From assembly GCA_947645535.1 (NCBI GenBank), contig CANSDD010000001.1, positions 1 through 51,561 of the forward strand: a stretch of 51,561 nt of DNA. Direction: 5' to 3'. Position 1 is the first letter of the stretch; every line of letters begins with the position of its first letter. Below are positions 51,163 to 51,561 of the stretch, piece by piece. The DNA is from an uncultured Mycoplasmatota bacterium (GTDB lineage Bacteria > Bacillota_I > Bacilli_A > RF39 > UBA660). A program made the translations under genes and the position numbers. The notes beneath the pieces are model-generated. The model was given only the letters and a program-made list of their open reading frames with translations, made no database searches and was not told where the DNA came from.

Positions 51163-51561
51163 GTGTCCCTTCCCCCTACTTTCATGTTTTTTTTAAACAG
51201 TAGGGGATGAGTAATTTAAATTTTTAATTATGAGATAATGAATTATCCATCTAAATCATTTTAAATTAAAATAAATAAGGTATAGAAACGTATTATATTA
51301 TTAAAATATGAAAATGCTTAATCAGAATTAGATAAAATAATAGTTTTAAATGATATATTTATAATGATTCATTTATATAAAATAATAAGATGATAATTAT
51401 ATATTTTATATATTGTTCAGAAGATAATATATCATGTAATTATTACAAATTTTGTTTGATTTTGTTATAAATAGTACATATTATTTTCTTTTATAAAACT
51501 TTCTATAATGTATATTATGTTAACTTCTTTTGATAGAAAGAAAGATTTCCTTACATTTAAT

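Noticed and set aside
1-51561. CRISPR arrays, rRNA genes, transposases, integrases and prophage structural modules.
   Set aside because: I found no regularly spaced direct repeats, no rRNA-like conserved stretches, and no ORF with recombinase, transposase, capsid or terminase motifs. The repeats present are single pairs only.

Overview
The window is a strongly AT-rich chromosomal segment from a low-GC, endospore-forming Firmicute. Supporting signs are spoIVB, spoIIM, ylbJ/ylbL and a VrrA/YqfQ-family gene, AGGAGG/GAGGTG Shine-Dalgarno sites, many TGnTATAAT promoters and hairpin-plus-T-run terminators. All family calls come from motifs I recognise by eye, because no database search was possible.

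Gene content in order:
- A decayed accessory patch (1-3250): a frameshifted ORF, an amber-interrupted HEXXH peptidase, a J-like ORF, a short HTH-WYL regulator and a relic frame.
- An ITPase-family gene.
- Sortase B with its probable NPNTV-signal surface substrate.
- A nonsense-riddled relic gene.
- An ABC-2 exporter pair, a DUF3048 protein and an HD hydrolase.
- A single tRNA-Arg(CCU), followed by a TPR-like ORF and an amber-interrupted membrane ORF.
- A plsC / acyl-CoA-ACP synthetase / plsC operon coupled to two unknown ORFs.
- A PHP-phosphatase/APH-kinase fusion and a Nudix gene.
- A ten-gene NAD(P) salvage cluster (orf183-pncA-orf133-pncB-Nudix, then nadE-nadK-nadD-pncC).
- A yqfQ-family gene.
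- A fragmented type IV pilus/Com-like set (pilC-pilD, then a degraded insert, then pilB on the opposite strand, then two prepilin-like genes).
- ylbJ/ylbL and mutS (no adjacent mutL).
- A block of four unknown genes, including two ORFs joined across an A10 tract.
- nusB-xseA-xseB-spoIVB, mscL, a small unlisted membrane ORF, spoIIM, mnmA and an HTH protein.

I saw no rRNA, CRISPR array, transposase, integrase or phage structural genes.

The most system-like unexplained structures are:
1. The consolidated NAD cluster with its two embedded unknown ORFs.
2. The split Aas-like lipid operon with PH-like and acidic partners.
3. The atypical, split pilus machinery, with a 200-aa N-terminal extension on PilC and an acidic tail on PilB.
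4. A recurring pattern of genes inactivated only by in-frame stop codons.
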